Source: an uncultured Nitrososphaerota archaeon (GTDB lineage: Archaea > Korarchaeota > Korarchaeia > Korarchaeales > Korarchaeaceae). From it: 32,000 bases of DNA. Every line of letters begins with the position of its first letter. The stretch's first letter is position 1. Below are positions 24,852 through 32,000 of the stretch, piece after piece. The DNA lies in assembly GCA_964480775.1 (NCBI GenBank), contig CAYZRF010000019.1:1-32000 (forward strand), in the 5' to 3' direction. Position numbers and translations under genes: made by a program. The notes below the pieces were generated by a model. That model made no database searches, was not told where the DNA came from, and saw nothing but the letters and a program-made list of their open reading frames with translations.

Positions 24852-25283
24852 ATGAACACAAAGAAATTGGATGATTTGAAAAACTGGGCTGCCCTAATAA
24901 TAGCATGGGCTGCGGTTTTTCCAGCCCTCCTATTATTCTTAGATGTTTGGTTTGCAGGAAAAACTAAGCCAAGAGGTCTCTCTGGTCCATTAACTAATCT
25001 CTTAGCGATGTTCTTAGCTATTATGGTTTTTTTAATGGTAGATAGGGTCTCCAAGCTATTTGCAAGAATGCAAGACATGGGTAGCCTTAGAAAATCCTTT
25101 ATAGTGGCCATATTAATGACTTTAACGGGAATATCTTTACCGAGCACGACTTCCATTTATGCACGACCTAGTGACACATTTCTAATGGCCTTCTCTTTTA
25201 CGGTCATGTCTTATAGCACACTATCTGTTCTTTGGAAAAGATTCAGTGAAGCCGCAGAGAGGTTAAATGATCAATTACTTTAG
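24852..25283 (+). CDS. hypothetical small membrane protein (about 4 TM helices)
   Basis: 143 aa with four clear hydrophobic segments. GGTGG lies 8 nt upstream of the ATG and a TTTTATTA element lies about 35-44 nt upstream. It competes with the overlapping minus-strand ORF 24827..25156, which is shorter, has no Shine-Dalgarno motif and has a junk-like C-terminus. Confidence 0.55.
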   Translation: MNTKKLDDLKNWAALIIAWAAVFPALLLFLDVWFAGKTKPRGLSGPLTNLLAMFLAIMVFLMVDRVSKLFARMQDMGSLRKSFIVAILMTLTGISLPSTTSIYARPSDTFLMAFSFTVMSYSTLSVLWKRFSEAAERLNDQLL

Positions 25284-25289
25284 GAAAAG

Positions 25290-26309
25290 CTACAGAAACC
25301 CAGAACTCCTTATTGATAAGGAGGAATCTGTTAAATTCATCGATGTTAACGCATCTGTTGAGCTAGAAATAGCTCTTATGGCATCAATGTTCTCAGGTAT
25401 AACTATGGCCTCCTGGTGAATTGCCTGCATTAGATACAACCACTCTCCGTCCGCATGTATAGAGTCTATCCAAACCAAGTTCTCGTAAACATCCGATCTC
25501 GGGCGCCCCATTTCTCTGCTAAAGTCAAATAGCTTTGCAGTGCTCCCTAGCCTATCTTTTGAGGAAATCAGAACGATTCTTCTTGCCCCTTCAAGGACAT
25601 CTATGACATCTCTTGAACTTACTTTGTTTCTAAGCTTGATGGATATTACATGGACATGGAAATGAGTTGTGGGAACCTTAACTGCAAAAGAAACTACATC
25701 TATTTTTCCTAAGACAGTATTGAGATCCTTCGCATGGTGAGAGATGCCAAAAGATGGAACTACACAATCTACTAATCCTTTCTCATCTTGATTTGGGTCA
25801 ACAGATCTCCTCACAAGAAAAACAACTGCCTTATCTATCTCATACTCCTGATCTATTGCGTGTAGAAGCCTTGAGAGTCCCGTTGTATTGCAGGATACAA
25901 CTCTAAGGAACTGCTTTCCTATGGCTTTTTCATAATTTACTTGGGCGACGAAGCTTAGATCAGCTACCTCTGGAGGCTCTCCGCCTTGAAAGATCGCTTT
26001 TAAGGCTTTACTCTCATAAAGCTTTTTGTTATGCATCCCCACGCCGTTTGGAGTAGCATCAATCACTAAGTCGCATTCTTCAAGCAGTTGAGGTGTGATT
26101 CCGTGGAATTCGACGCCTCTTTCATGCCACAAATGGGCAACATCTTCGTCTGGTATGAAGAAGCGTAATCCCTTTGAAAGGCCCATTTTTACGGAGTAGT
26201 CTGGAGTCTTCTTAGCAATTCCAATTAATTCCATGTCTGGTTGCTTGAGAATAGCATCAACTATCCTTTTACCTATTGTCCCGTATCCTACAACTCCTAC
26301 GCGAATCAA
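25290..26309 (-). CDS. gap: glyceraldehyde-3-phosphate dehydrogenase, archaeal (type II) form
   Basis: (M)IRVGVVGYGTIGKRIVDA is present, with the catalytic Cys in VVSCNTTGL. 339 aa. The TTG start overlaps the pgk TGA stop (ATTGA at 26306-26310). Confidence 0.92.
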   Translation of the reverse strand: MIRVGVVGYGTIGKRIVDAILKQPDMELIGIAKKTPDYSVKMGLSKGLRFFIPDEDVAHLWHERGVEFHGITPQLLEECDLVIDATPNGVGMHNKKLYESKALKAIFQGGEPPEVADLSFVAQVNYEKAIGKQFLRVVSCNTTGLSRLLHAIDQEYEIDKAVVFLVRRSVDPNQDEKGLVDCVVPSFGISHHAKDLNTVLGKIDVVSFAVKVPTTHFHVHVISIKLRNKVSSRDVIDVLEGARRIVLISSKDRLGSTAKLFDFSREMGRPRSDVYENLVWIDSIHADGEWLYLMQAIHQEAIVIPENIDAIRAISSSTDALTSMNLTDSSLSIRSSGFL

Positions 26310-27511
26310 TGTCTAACCTCCCTTAGGGCGTCAATTGCGGGCATCGGAAGCCCAGCTATCTTGAACATCAAAGCCCCTCCCGCTGTAAAAACCCTTTTTC
26401 CCTCTGGAAGGGCTCCAACCATTCTTGCAGCCGCGCTTAAGTGCCCTCCGCATAACACCAGTTCCTTTGAAACTTCAATGGCGGCTTTTACGAAATCCAA
26501 TGTCCCTCTCCTAAAACGAGGATTTTCGAAGATGCCCATAGGACCATTAGCTATAACCAAGTCAGCTTCCTTCATCCGTTCTTTAAATAACTCCACGGTT
26601 CCTGGTCCTATGTCTACGATTTTGGCATCGTCTGGGACAGAATATACTGGAACTATCTCAGTTTTCTCATTTCTTAAAACCACAAAATCTACAGGATAGA
26701 AAATCCTTCCTCTAAATCTTCTCAAAGAATCGCTCGCCACTGGCAAGATAAGGGCAAGATCTTTGAATACTTCCCTGCTTTTTCCCACAGAATGACCTGC
26801 CGCCATGCAAATAAGAACTCCCACTAAACCCCCAACTAATACCTCCTGAGCCCTATTTGTAGCGAGGGCGTGAATCATCACGTTAAACTTATCGGTTATT
26901 TTACCTCCCCCTAAAATATAGACCCTTCTTCCATCACTATTCTCCAAACCTTCTGTTTCTATCAGCATTCTCTCCATTATTCGTCCAGCCGCAGAAGGCA
27001 TCAAATATGGAAAGCCTATAAGGCTGGGCTGGCTCCTATGGGAGGCGTGGAAGGCATCATTAACGTAAACATCAAACAAAGGAGCCAACCTCCTTACAAG
27101 GGTCGTATTTATGGCTTTTTCAGGGGGAAGTTCTAGATTTTCTTCTGCGTTAAACCTTAGATTCTCTAATAGCACCAATTCTCCAGGTTTAACATTACTT
27201 ATCGCATCTCTAGCGCATTTACAAGCTATACCATCGATTTTCTCCACATGCGTTCCAAGCTCTTTGCTGAGTAGTTCTGCGTGAAAGTTTGTAGGTACAA
27301 AGTCTCTGGAACCGGGCTTACCTTGATGAGTTCCTACCACCAATTTTGCATCATTGTCTATGAGTTCTTTGATTGTAACTACTGCTTCCTTAATTTTCGT
27401 TGCATCTATGACTTTTCCTTCCTCATCTAGTGGAACATTCATGTCAGAACGGAGGAAAACTCGTTTTCCATGCAATTCTAAATCATCTAGCGTAGGTATG
27501 GTCGTGGTCAT
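26306..27511 (-). CDS. pgk: phosphoglycerate kinase
   Basis: KRVFLRSDMNVPL, a GGGKI-type motif and a GGG(A/H)-type C-terminal motif are present. The ORF track starts at TTG 27532. ATG 27511 lies 5 nt after GGGGTG and gives MTTTIPTLDDLELHGKRVF. Confidence 0.92.
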   Translation of the reverse strand: MTTTIPTLDDLELHGKRVFLRSDMNVPLDEEGKVIDATKIKEAVVTIKELIDNDAKLVVGTHQGKPGSRDFVPTNFHAELLSKELGTHVEKIDGIACKCARDAISNVKPGELVLLENLRFNAEENLELPPEKAINTTLVRRLAPLFDVYVNDAFHASHRSQPSLIGFPYLMPSAAGRIMERMLIETEGLENSDGRRVYILGGGKITDKFNVMIHALATNRAQEVLVGGLVGVLICMAAGHSVGKSREVFKDLALILPVASDSLRRFRGRIFYPVDFVVLRNEKTEIVPVYSVPDDAKIVDIGPGTVELFKERMKEADLVIANGPMGIFENPRFRRGTLDFVKAAIEVSKELVLCGGHLSAAARMVGALPEGKRVFTAGGALMFKIAGLPMPAIDALREVRH

Positions 27512-27625
27512 CGCATCACCCCATAATAACAATCAACATATTATTATATAGAATCTAAATATCAATGATAGATATATGTTAATCTTGAAGACGTGATTAA
27601 AGCTTCCTTATATACACAGCATAAG

Positions 27626-28444
27626 TTATGCTGTTGCAACAGCTCCACTCAGAGAATCTTTACACGGGCACTTTCTCTTTTTTGGTAAGAGATGAACGCT
27701 TTCTAAGATAATACTCTTTACTTGCTCTATTCTATTAGAGAAGATCCCTTTTACCTCTTCATGCGTTAATTTTCTGTCTCCTCCGATACCCGCTGCATAA
27801 TTGGTCACAACTGCTAAAGTTGCATAACAAATAGATAGTTCCCTAGCTAAAGCTGCTTCAGGACATCCAGTCATTCCAACAAGATCCCCGCCCATAATTC
27901 TAAATGCTCTAATTTCTGCCGGGGTTTCAAATCTATTTCCCTCCGCACAAACATAGATCCCCCCATCTTTGATCTGTAAACCCCTTTTATTTCCTGCTTT
28001 AAGTAGAGCGGCTCTTATCTCGGGGCAATAAGTGCTTGGAGTCATTGAGACATGAACCACGCCCTTTACTTCCCTCCCTTGGACATGAAGAATTGTTTTT
28101 CCGTCATAAAACGAGTAAACCCTTCCCTTAGTCATATCTATGAAATCGTTAGGAACTACTATTGTTCCTGGTTCAAGTTCTTCTCTTAGGGAACCAACCG
28201 CGTTCGTAGCTATGACTCGCTCAACTCCAAGGAGATTAAGTGCGTACAGATTCCCCCTATAATTCACCGCAAATGGAGGTATCGAGTGCTTCTTACCATG
28301 TCTCGGTATAAAGGCAACTTCTTCCCCAGCCACTCGTCCAATAAATACTTTAACATCACCAAAAGGGGTCTTAACGACCTCAGTAGTGCTTCCCTCAATA
28401 AGTTCGTAAATTCCGCTTCCTCCTATTATCCCTATTCTAGGCAT
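27626..28444 (-). CDS. mtnP: 5'-methylthioadenosine phosphorylase (PNP family 2)
   Basis: MPRIGIIGGSGIYEL, FIPRHGKKHSIPP, VIATNAVGSL and GMTG are present. The C-terminus carries a CPC motif. Confidence 0.9.
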   Translation of the reverse strand: MPRIGIIGGSGIYELIEGSTTEVVKTPFGDVKVFIGRVAGEEVAFIPRHGKKHSIPPFAVNYRGNLYALNLLGVERVIATNAVGSLREELEPGTIVVPNDFIDMTKGRVYSFYDGKTILHVQGREVKGVVHVSMTPSTYCPEIRAALLKAGNKRGLQIKDGGIYVCAEGNRFETPAEIRAFRIMGGDLVGMTGCPEAALARELSICYATLAVVTNYAAGIGGDRKLTHEEVKGIFSNRIEQVKSIILESVHLLPKKRKCPCKDSLSGAVATA

Positions 28445-28482
28445 TCTCTTCTCCCCCTTTGCCTAAAGTCTGGGGATTACCT

Positions 28483-28490
28483 TTATATAT
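28483..28490. promoter_or_regulatory. near-palindromic TATA element (TTTATATA) in the divergent mtnP / thermosome intergenic region
   Basis: This is the only strong TATA-like element in the 110-nt spacer. It lies 65 nt upstream of the thermosome ATG, which has a GGAGGAGGTGA Shine-Dalgarno motif. It lies 39-46 nt upstream of the mtnP ATG. Confidence 0.4.
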
Positions 28491-28554
28491 CATACTAAAG
28501 GAATCGTATTCTGGCTAGTTAAGATGAGATCGTAGATATGGAGGAGGTGATATA

Positions 28555-30210
28555 ATGAGCCTAGCGACTATTGGAGGAAAACCAGTCCTTATTCTCAAGG
28601 AAGGAACCTCTAGGACTAGAGGAGATGAAGCTAGAAGAATCAACATAATGGCAGCCAAGGCTGTTGCCGATACAGTCAAGAGCACCCTAGGACCTAGGGG
28701 CATGGACAAGATCATAGTAGACTCCCTTGGGGATGTAACTGTTAGCAACGACGGTGCAGCCATTTTAGAGGAGCTCGAAGTGGTGCATCCGGCTGCAAAG
28801 TTGATGGTTAACTTAGCGAAAGGTCAGGACAAAGAGGTCGGAGATGGAACCACAACAAGCGTTATACTTGCTGGAGAACTTCTCTCAGAAGCAGAAAACC
28901 TTCTTGACAAGGACATACATCCAACTATTGTTATAGAGGGCTTCCAAAAGGCTCTAAAGAAGGCACAAGAAGAGCTAGATAAAATAGCAATAGATGTGGA
29001 TCCTAACGATGAAGAACTGTTGAAAAAGGTAGCCATGACAGCAATGGGAAGTAAACTCATAAAAGGAGGAGGAGAACGCCTTGCAGAAGTTGTTGTGAAA
29101 GCAGTTAAGGCAGTATCTGAAGAGAGAGATGGAAAAATCGTTGCCGACATTGATGATATAAAGATAATGAAGAAGAAGGGCAAGAGCTTAGCGGAGAGTG
29201 AGTTCATAAGAGGAATAATCCTAGATAAAGAAGTAGTTCATACAGATATGCCAAAACGCGTTAAAGATGCTAAAATAGCCCTGATTAACCTCTCTCTAGA
29301 GGTAAAGAAACCAGAAATAGATGTAGAAGTTCAGATATCTACTCCAGAGGAACTAAGAGGTTTCATAGAGCAAGAGACTGAGATGCTTAGGGAAAAGGTT
29401 GAGAAGATAGTCTCAACAGGAGCTAACGTAGTTTTCTGCCAAAAGGGGATTGATGAGGTTGCACAACATATCTTAGCCCAGAAAGGAGTTCTCGCTGTCA
29501 GGAGAGTAAGCCAGAAGGACATGGAGAGGCTAGAGAAGGCCACAGGAGGAAGAATCGTAAATCACTTGGATGACTTAACGGAAGAAGTGTTGGGAAGAGC
29601 AGGACTCGTTGAAGAAAGGAAGATAGGGGAGGACAAACTGGTATTCATTGAGGATTGTGTGAATCCTAAAGCGGTAACAATCCTTCTCAGAGCTGGCGGT
29701 GACACCATCTTGGATGAGGCGGAAAGAGGAATAAAAGACGCCCTATACGTTGTTAGGAATGCTGTAGAAGACAAAAAACTTGTTTATGGAGGGGGTAGCG
29801 TTCAGTTAGAGCTAGCTAGGAAGATAAGAGACTATGCCGTTCAGATCGGAGGGAAAGAACAGCTTGCTATCGAAGCATTTGCGTCAGCCCTTGAGAGTAT
29901 AACTAGAATTCTAGCTGATAACGCAGGTATGGACGCCGTTGATACCTTAATGAAACTCAGAAAGGAGCATGAAGAAGGAAAGATCTCATATGGGGTTGAT
30001 GTCCTCGCTGGAGACATAGGAGACATGAAAAACCTTGGGGTTTACGATACCTACAGAGGAGTCAAGAACGCATTGACTGGAGCTACAGAGACCTCTATTC
30101 TAATACTTAGAACTGATGATATAATAGCAGCAAAGCCATACGAGGCCAAAGAGAAGGGTAAAGGGGAAGGAGAAGAAGAGGAGAAACCATCCTTCGGGGA
30201 GGAATTCTAA
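28555..30210 (+). CDS. ths: thermosome subunit (group II chaperonin)
   Basis: LGPRGMDK, GDGTTT and VYGGG motifs are present. 551 aa, with a Glu/Gly-rich C-terminal tail. Confidence 0.95.
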   Translation: MSLATIGGKPVLILKEGTSRTRGDEARRINIMAAKAVADTVKSTLGPRGMDKIIVDSLGDVTVSNDGAAILEELEVVHPAAKLMVNLAKGQDKEVGDGTTTSVILAGELLSEAENLLDKDIHPTIVIEGFQKALKKAQEELDKIAIDVDPNDEELLKKVAMTAMGSKLIKGGGERLAEVVVKAVKAVSEERDGKIVADIDDIKIMKKKGKSLAESEFIRGIILDKEVVHTDMPKRVKDAKIALINLSLEVKKPEIDVEVQISTPEELRGFIEQETEMLREKVEKIVSTGANVVFCQKGIDEVAQHILAQKGVLAVRRVSQKDMERLEKATGGRIVNHLDDLTEEVLGRAGLVEERKIGEDKLVFIEDCVNPKAVTILLRAGGDTILDEAERGIKDALYVVRNAVEDKKLVYGGGSVQLELARKIRDYAVQIGGKEQLAIEAFASALESITRILADNAGMDAVDTLMKLRKEHEEGKISYGVDVLAGDIGDMKNLGVYDTYRGVKNALTGATETSILILRTDDIIAAKPYEAKEKGKGEGEEEEKPSFGEEF

Positions 30211-30229
30211 ACAAGGAGATGAACTCTTA

Positions 30230-31117
30230 TTGCCCAAACTACTGGACAGGGAAAAGGGAAAAATACTTGGAATCAATGCCTTTGACCTGTTCGTAATTTT
30301 ATTAGTCCTTTTTCTTTCTTTTTCTTTAATTTCCAGAGTTATTCGCCCAGGGGAGCAAGTTAAGGAATATTCTGGGTTAAATATTCAAAATGCAGCTCTG
30401 GAGTTCACAAGATTAAACAACCTCGGCTTCGTCGTGTATGGTCAAATAGACGGAAAGTGGACAATAAATGGCTCTCAATTCAAAGGTACGGTGTTGTTGG
30501 TTGATGCTCTAGAGACGAGACTTATGGGCAGGATAAACGGGAGAAGTGTCACCATAGGAGGACCTAATGCTTATTTAGAGGACTTAGCTGCAAAAACTAT
30601 CGTATTTAGAACGGAATCACCTTCCTTAATACGCGTAAATGTCAAGAAACCCATTATGGCTGGAGACTTACAAGAGCTAGTTGAAAACCTCAGAAATATC
30701 TCTACAAGCGTGGCTGGAAGGTATGGTGTAAAAACATTGAAGATTCAAGTTTATACCCTAGTGTTTGACATACCTGGCTTCAAGGCAACAGCCATGCGGT
30801 ATTTGGAGATTAGAAGCAAACTACCCGAATACATTCCATATCCTGTACAAAAGATATATGTAGTTGATGATTACATTGGCTTTTCATTGTATCCAACAGG
30901 TTTAGCCATCAGGGATATAGATCTGCTTAAATTAGACCAGATTCTCAATGAACTTGGTCTAAATTACTCTAGGGTAATGGCAGATCAAATAGAACTTTAC
31001 ATAGGAACTCAGGAGAGTCTAGTTGGAGTTGGAGTCTACGGTGAGATTCTATCCAATGCCAGACCCTTAAGTGACATAATAGATACAACGAAACTCACTT
31101 TTATTCCAAAGCCCTGA
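30230..31117 (+). CDS. hypothetical membrane-anchored protein with a DUF4330-like N-terminus
   Basis: The start is TTG, 19 nt after the thermosome stop. The N-terminus LDREKGKILGINAFDLFVILLVLFL resembles the DUF4330 consensus (GRLFGKINIIDLLVILLVL) as I recall it. At 295 aa it is longer than the roughly 170 aa typical of that family. Confidence 0.6.
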   Translation: MPKLLDREKGKILGINAFDLFVILLVLFLSFSLISRVIRPGEQVKEYSGLNIQNAALEFTRLNNLGFVVYGQIDGKWTINGSQFKGTVLLVDALETRLMGRINGRSVTIGGPNAYLEDLAAKTIVFRTESPSLIRVNVKKPIMAGDLQELVENLRNISTSVAGRYGVKTLKIQVYTLVFDIPGFKATAMRYLEIRSKLPEYIPYPVQKIYVVDDYIGFSLYPTGLAIRDIDLLKLDQILNELGLNYSRVMADQIELYIGTQESLVGVGVYGEILSNARPLSDIIDTTKLTFIPKP

Positions 31118-31431
31118 GTGATCGGTTTGTTTATCTCCTTTTTGGTGGCCTCTGCCGAAAAAAGTACCTTAGCTAGGGCAATTTCTAATTTCTTTAGAGG
31201 AACTGGGTGTCTGATAAGAGAGAGTGGAACAGCACTTCTCATTAGAAGTGTGTTTAGTTTCTTAGCCACAGCCTCAAAGAGATCCGTTCTTTCCAGAGCT
31301 ATGGTATTGCTATCCAAGATCTTATATCCTTTCTTTAGCATATGGGAGAAATTCCAAGCAATTTCAATGATCAAAAAGATTTCCTCTTTTCTCGATGATT
31401 CGTACCTTATCGACCAATTGTTGTCACCCAT
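31036..31431 (-). CDS. hypothetical soluble protein (uncertain; competes with an open plus-strand frame)
   Basis: The ORF track gives 31036..31464 with a GTG start. The in-frame ATG at 31431 is preceded by GAGG at 7 nt. Its K/E/I/L-rich composition and purine-rich first codon positions look like a real gene. The overlapping plus frame is S/L/F/R-rich, as shadow frames are. The last 82 nt overlap the 3' end of 30230..31117. Confidence 0.45.
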   Translation of the reverse strand: MGDNNWSIRYESSRKEEIFLIIEIAWNFSHMLKKGYKILDSNTIALERTDLFEAVAKKLNTLLMRSAVPLSLIRHPVPLKKLEIALAKVLFSAEATKKEINKPITQGFGIKVSFVVSIMSLKGLALDRISP

Positions 31432-31444
31432 ATCCTTTCCTCTA

Positions 31445-32000
31445 ATGGTTCTTGCCTTTTTCACTGTTGCAGACGTGCTTTATGGACCAAAAACACTTAT
31501 TCTTATCTTTTCAGGCATTGCAAGTTTTCTTTTGGGATTCTTCTGGGGATCTTTGGAGTCCAAGGGACTAAATCCAAAAATAAATGACCTTAAAATACTT
31601 TATTTAGGCTTAATCATGATTATAATAGGTTTTCTCGGATTCTTCTTACAAATTAGAAGAGTAATGGCAATACCAATCCTAAATGAGGCCGTTAGACGGA
31701 GACTATCTCCGAAATATAACTATATGGCATGGACAAGCGTTCCTGGAACATTCTATGTCCTTTCTACCTTTAAAAAAGGAGAAGGAAAAAGTTTACCGAT
31801 TAAACTTCTTCTTTTGACGGTTGTCGGGTTTATTCCTACGTTTTTACTCGGTTATAGGACAGAAATGCTTGCCTATTTCATAGGCATCCTAACTGTGCTC
31901 TACTATAGGAAATACATTTCAAGAGTGGCTCTTCTGTTGTGGGCCGCTTTTGGTTTAGTCATTTATGTTGTTACAAGCGTGGTTAGGTTAATGTTCGCAG
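31445..32000 (+). CDS. polytopic membrane protein, 3' end outside the window (possibly an oligosaccharide polymerase / glycan-assembly type; weak guess)
   Basis: My own translation shows this frame is open from 31118 to the window end. It is clearly TM-rich from ATG 31445 (MVLAFFTVADVLYGPKTLILIFSGIASFLLGFFWG...LKILYLGLIMIIIGFLGFFLQI...). It is not in the ORF track because it has no stop in the window. The start could instead be GTG 31118 or ATG 31301. Confidence 0.6.
   Translation, partial: MVLAFFTVADVLYGPKTLILIFSGIASFLLGFFWGSLESKGLNPKINDLKILYLGLIMIIIGFLGFFLQIRRVMAIPILNEAVRRRLSPKYNYMAWTSVPGTFYVLSTFKKGEGKSLPIKLLLLTVVGFIPTFLLGYRTEMLAYFIGILTVLYYRKYISRVALLLWAAFGLVIYVVTSVVRLMFA

Noticed and set aside
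24827-25156. 109-aa minus-strand ORF upstream of tuf
   Set aside because: It competes with the longer plus-strand 4-TM ORF 24852..25283, which has a GGTGG Shine-Dalgarno motif and a TATA-like element. The minus ORF lacks both and ends in an implausible tail (FFVFISRPPWFP). It is not fully excluded.
30219-30296. Short ATG-initiated ORF of 25 codons with a GGAG just upstream, overlapping the start of the DUF4330-like gene in another frame
   Set aside because: It terminates after 25 codons and has no recognisable features. The long TTG-initiated frame encodes a coherent TM-anchored protein.
30296-30330. T/C-rich low-complexity run (TTTTATTAGTCCTTTTTCTTTCTTTTTCTTTAATTTCC) that might be a repeat
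   Set aside because: It encodes the Leu/Phe-rich TM helix of the 30230..31117 protein. It is not a tandem or CRISPR-like repeat, and I saw no spaced direct repeats anywhere in the window.

Overview
This is a dense, almost fully coding core-chromosome segment of an archaeon. I count about 39 protein genes and 4 tRNA genes. I see no rRNA, CRISPR array, transposase or integrase, and no recognisable defence genes.

Archaeal identity rests on:
- archaeal-type GAPDH next to PGK, a thermosome, and EF-1alpha followed by uS10;
- a uL3-uL4-uL23-uL2-uS19 block;
- Kae1 and Sua5, tRNA-splicing endonuclease, archease, and a DGGGP synthase (UbiA family);
- an intron-containing tRNA-Lys, and TATA boxes 23-30 nt upstream of each tRNA gene.

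AGA/AGG Arg and ATA Ile codons are heavily used, and the MTAP has a C-terminal CxC tail. Both hint at a thermophile. I cannot place the lineage by eye.

Many first-in-operon genes look leaderless or start with TTG/GTG. Internal genes carry strong GGAGGTGA-type Shine-Dalgarno motifs. Several ORF-track starts look over-extended and I have trimmed them. Two real genes run off the window edges and are missing from the ORF track: sucD at the left edge and a polytopic membrane protein at the right edge.

I did not find a convincing new multi-gene system; the region is mostly housekeeping. The best leads are:
1. A membrane protein whose N-terminal three-helix module resembles eukaryotic EMC6/Rab5ip, fused to a probably extracytoplasmic domain (18021-18917).
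2. A tightly coupled four-gene operon of an NFACT/Rqc2-like protein plus three CBS-only proteins, carrying 10 CBS motifs in total (13878-17958).
3. A membrane-anchored M1 peptidase followed 6 nt later by a small Cys-rich protein (2461-4731).
4. An enlarged DUF4330-like membrane protein directly behind the thermosome gene (30230-31117).

All functional calls come from reading the translations and motifs by eye; no searches were run.
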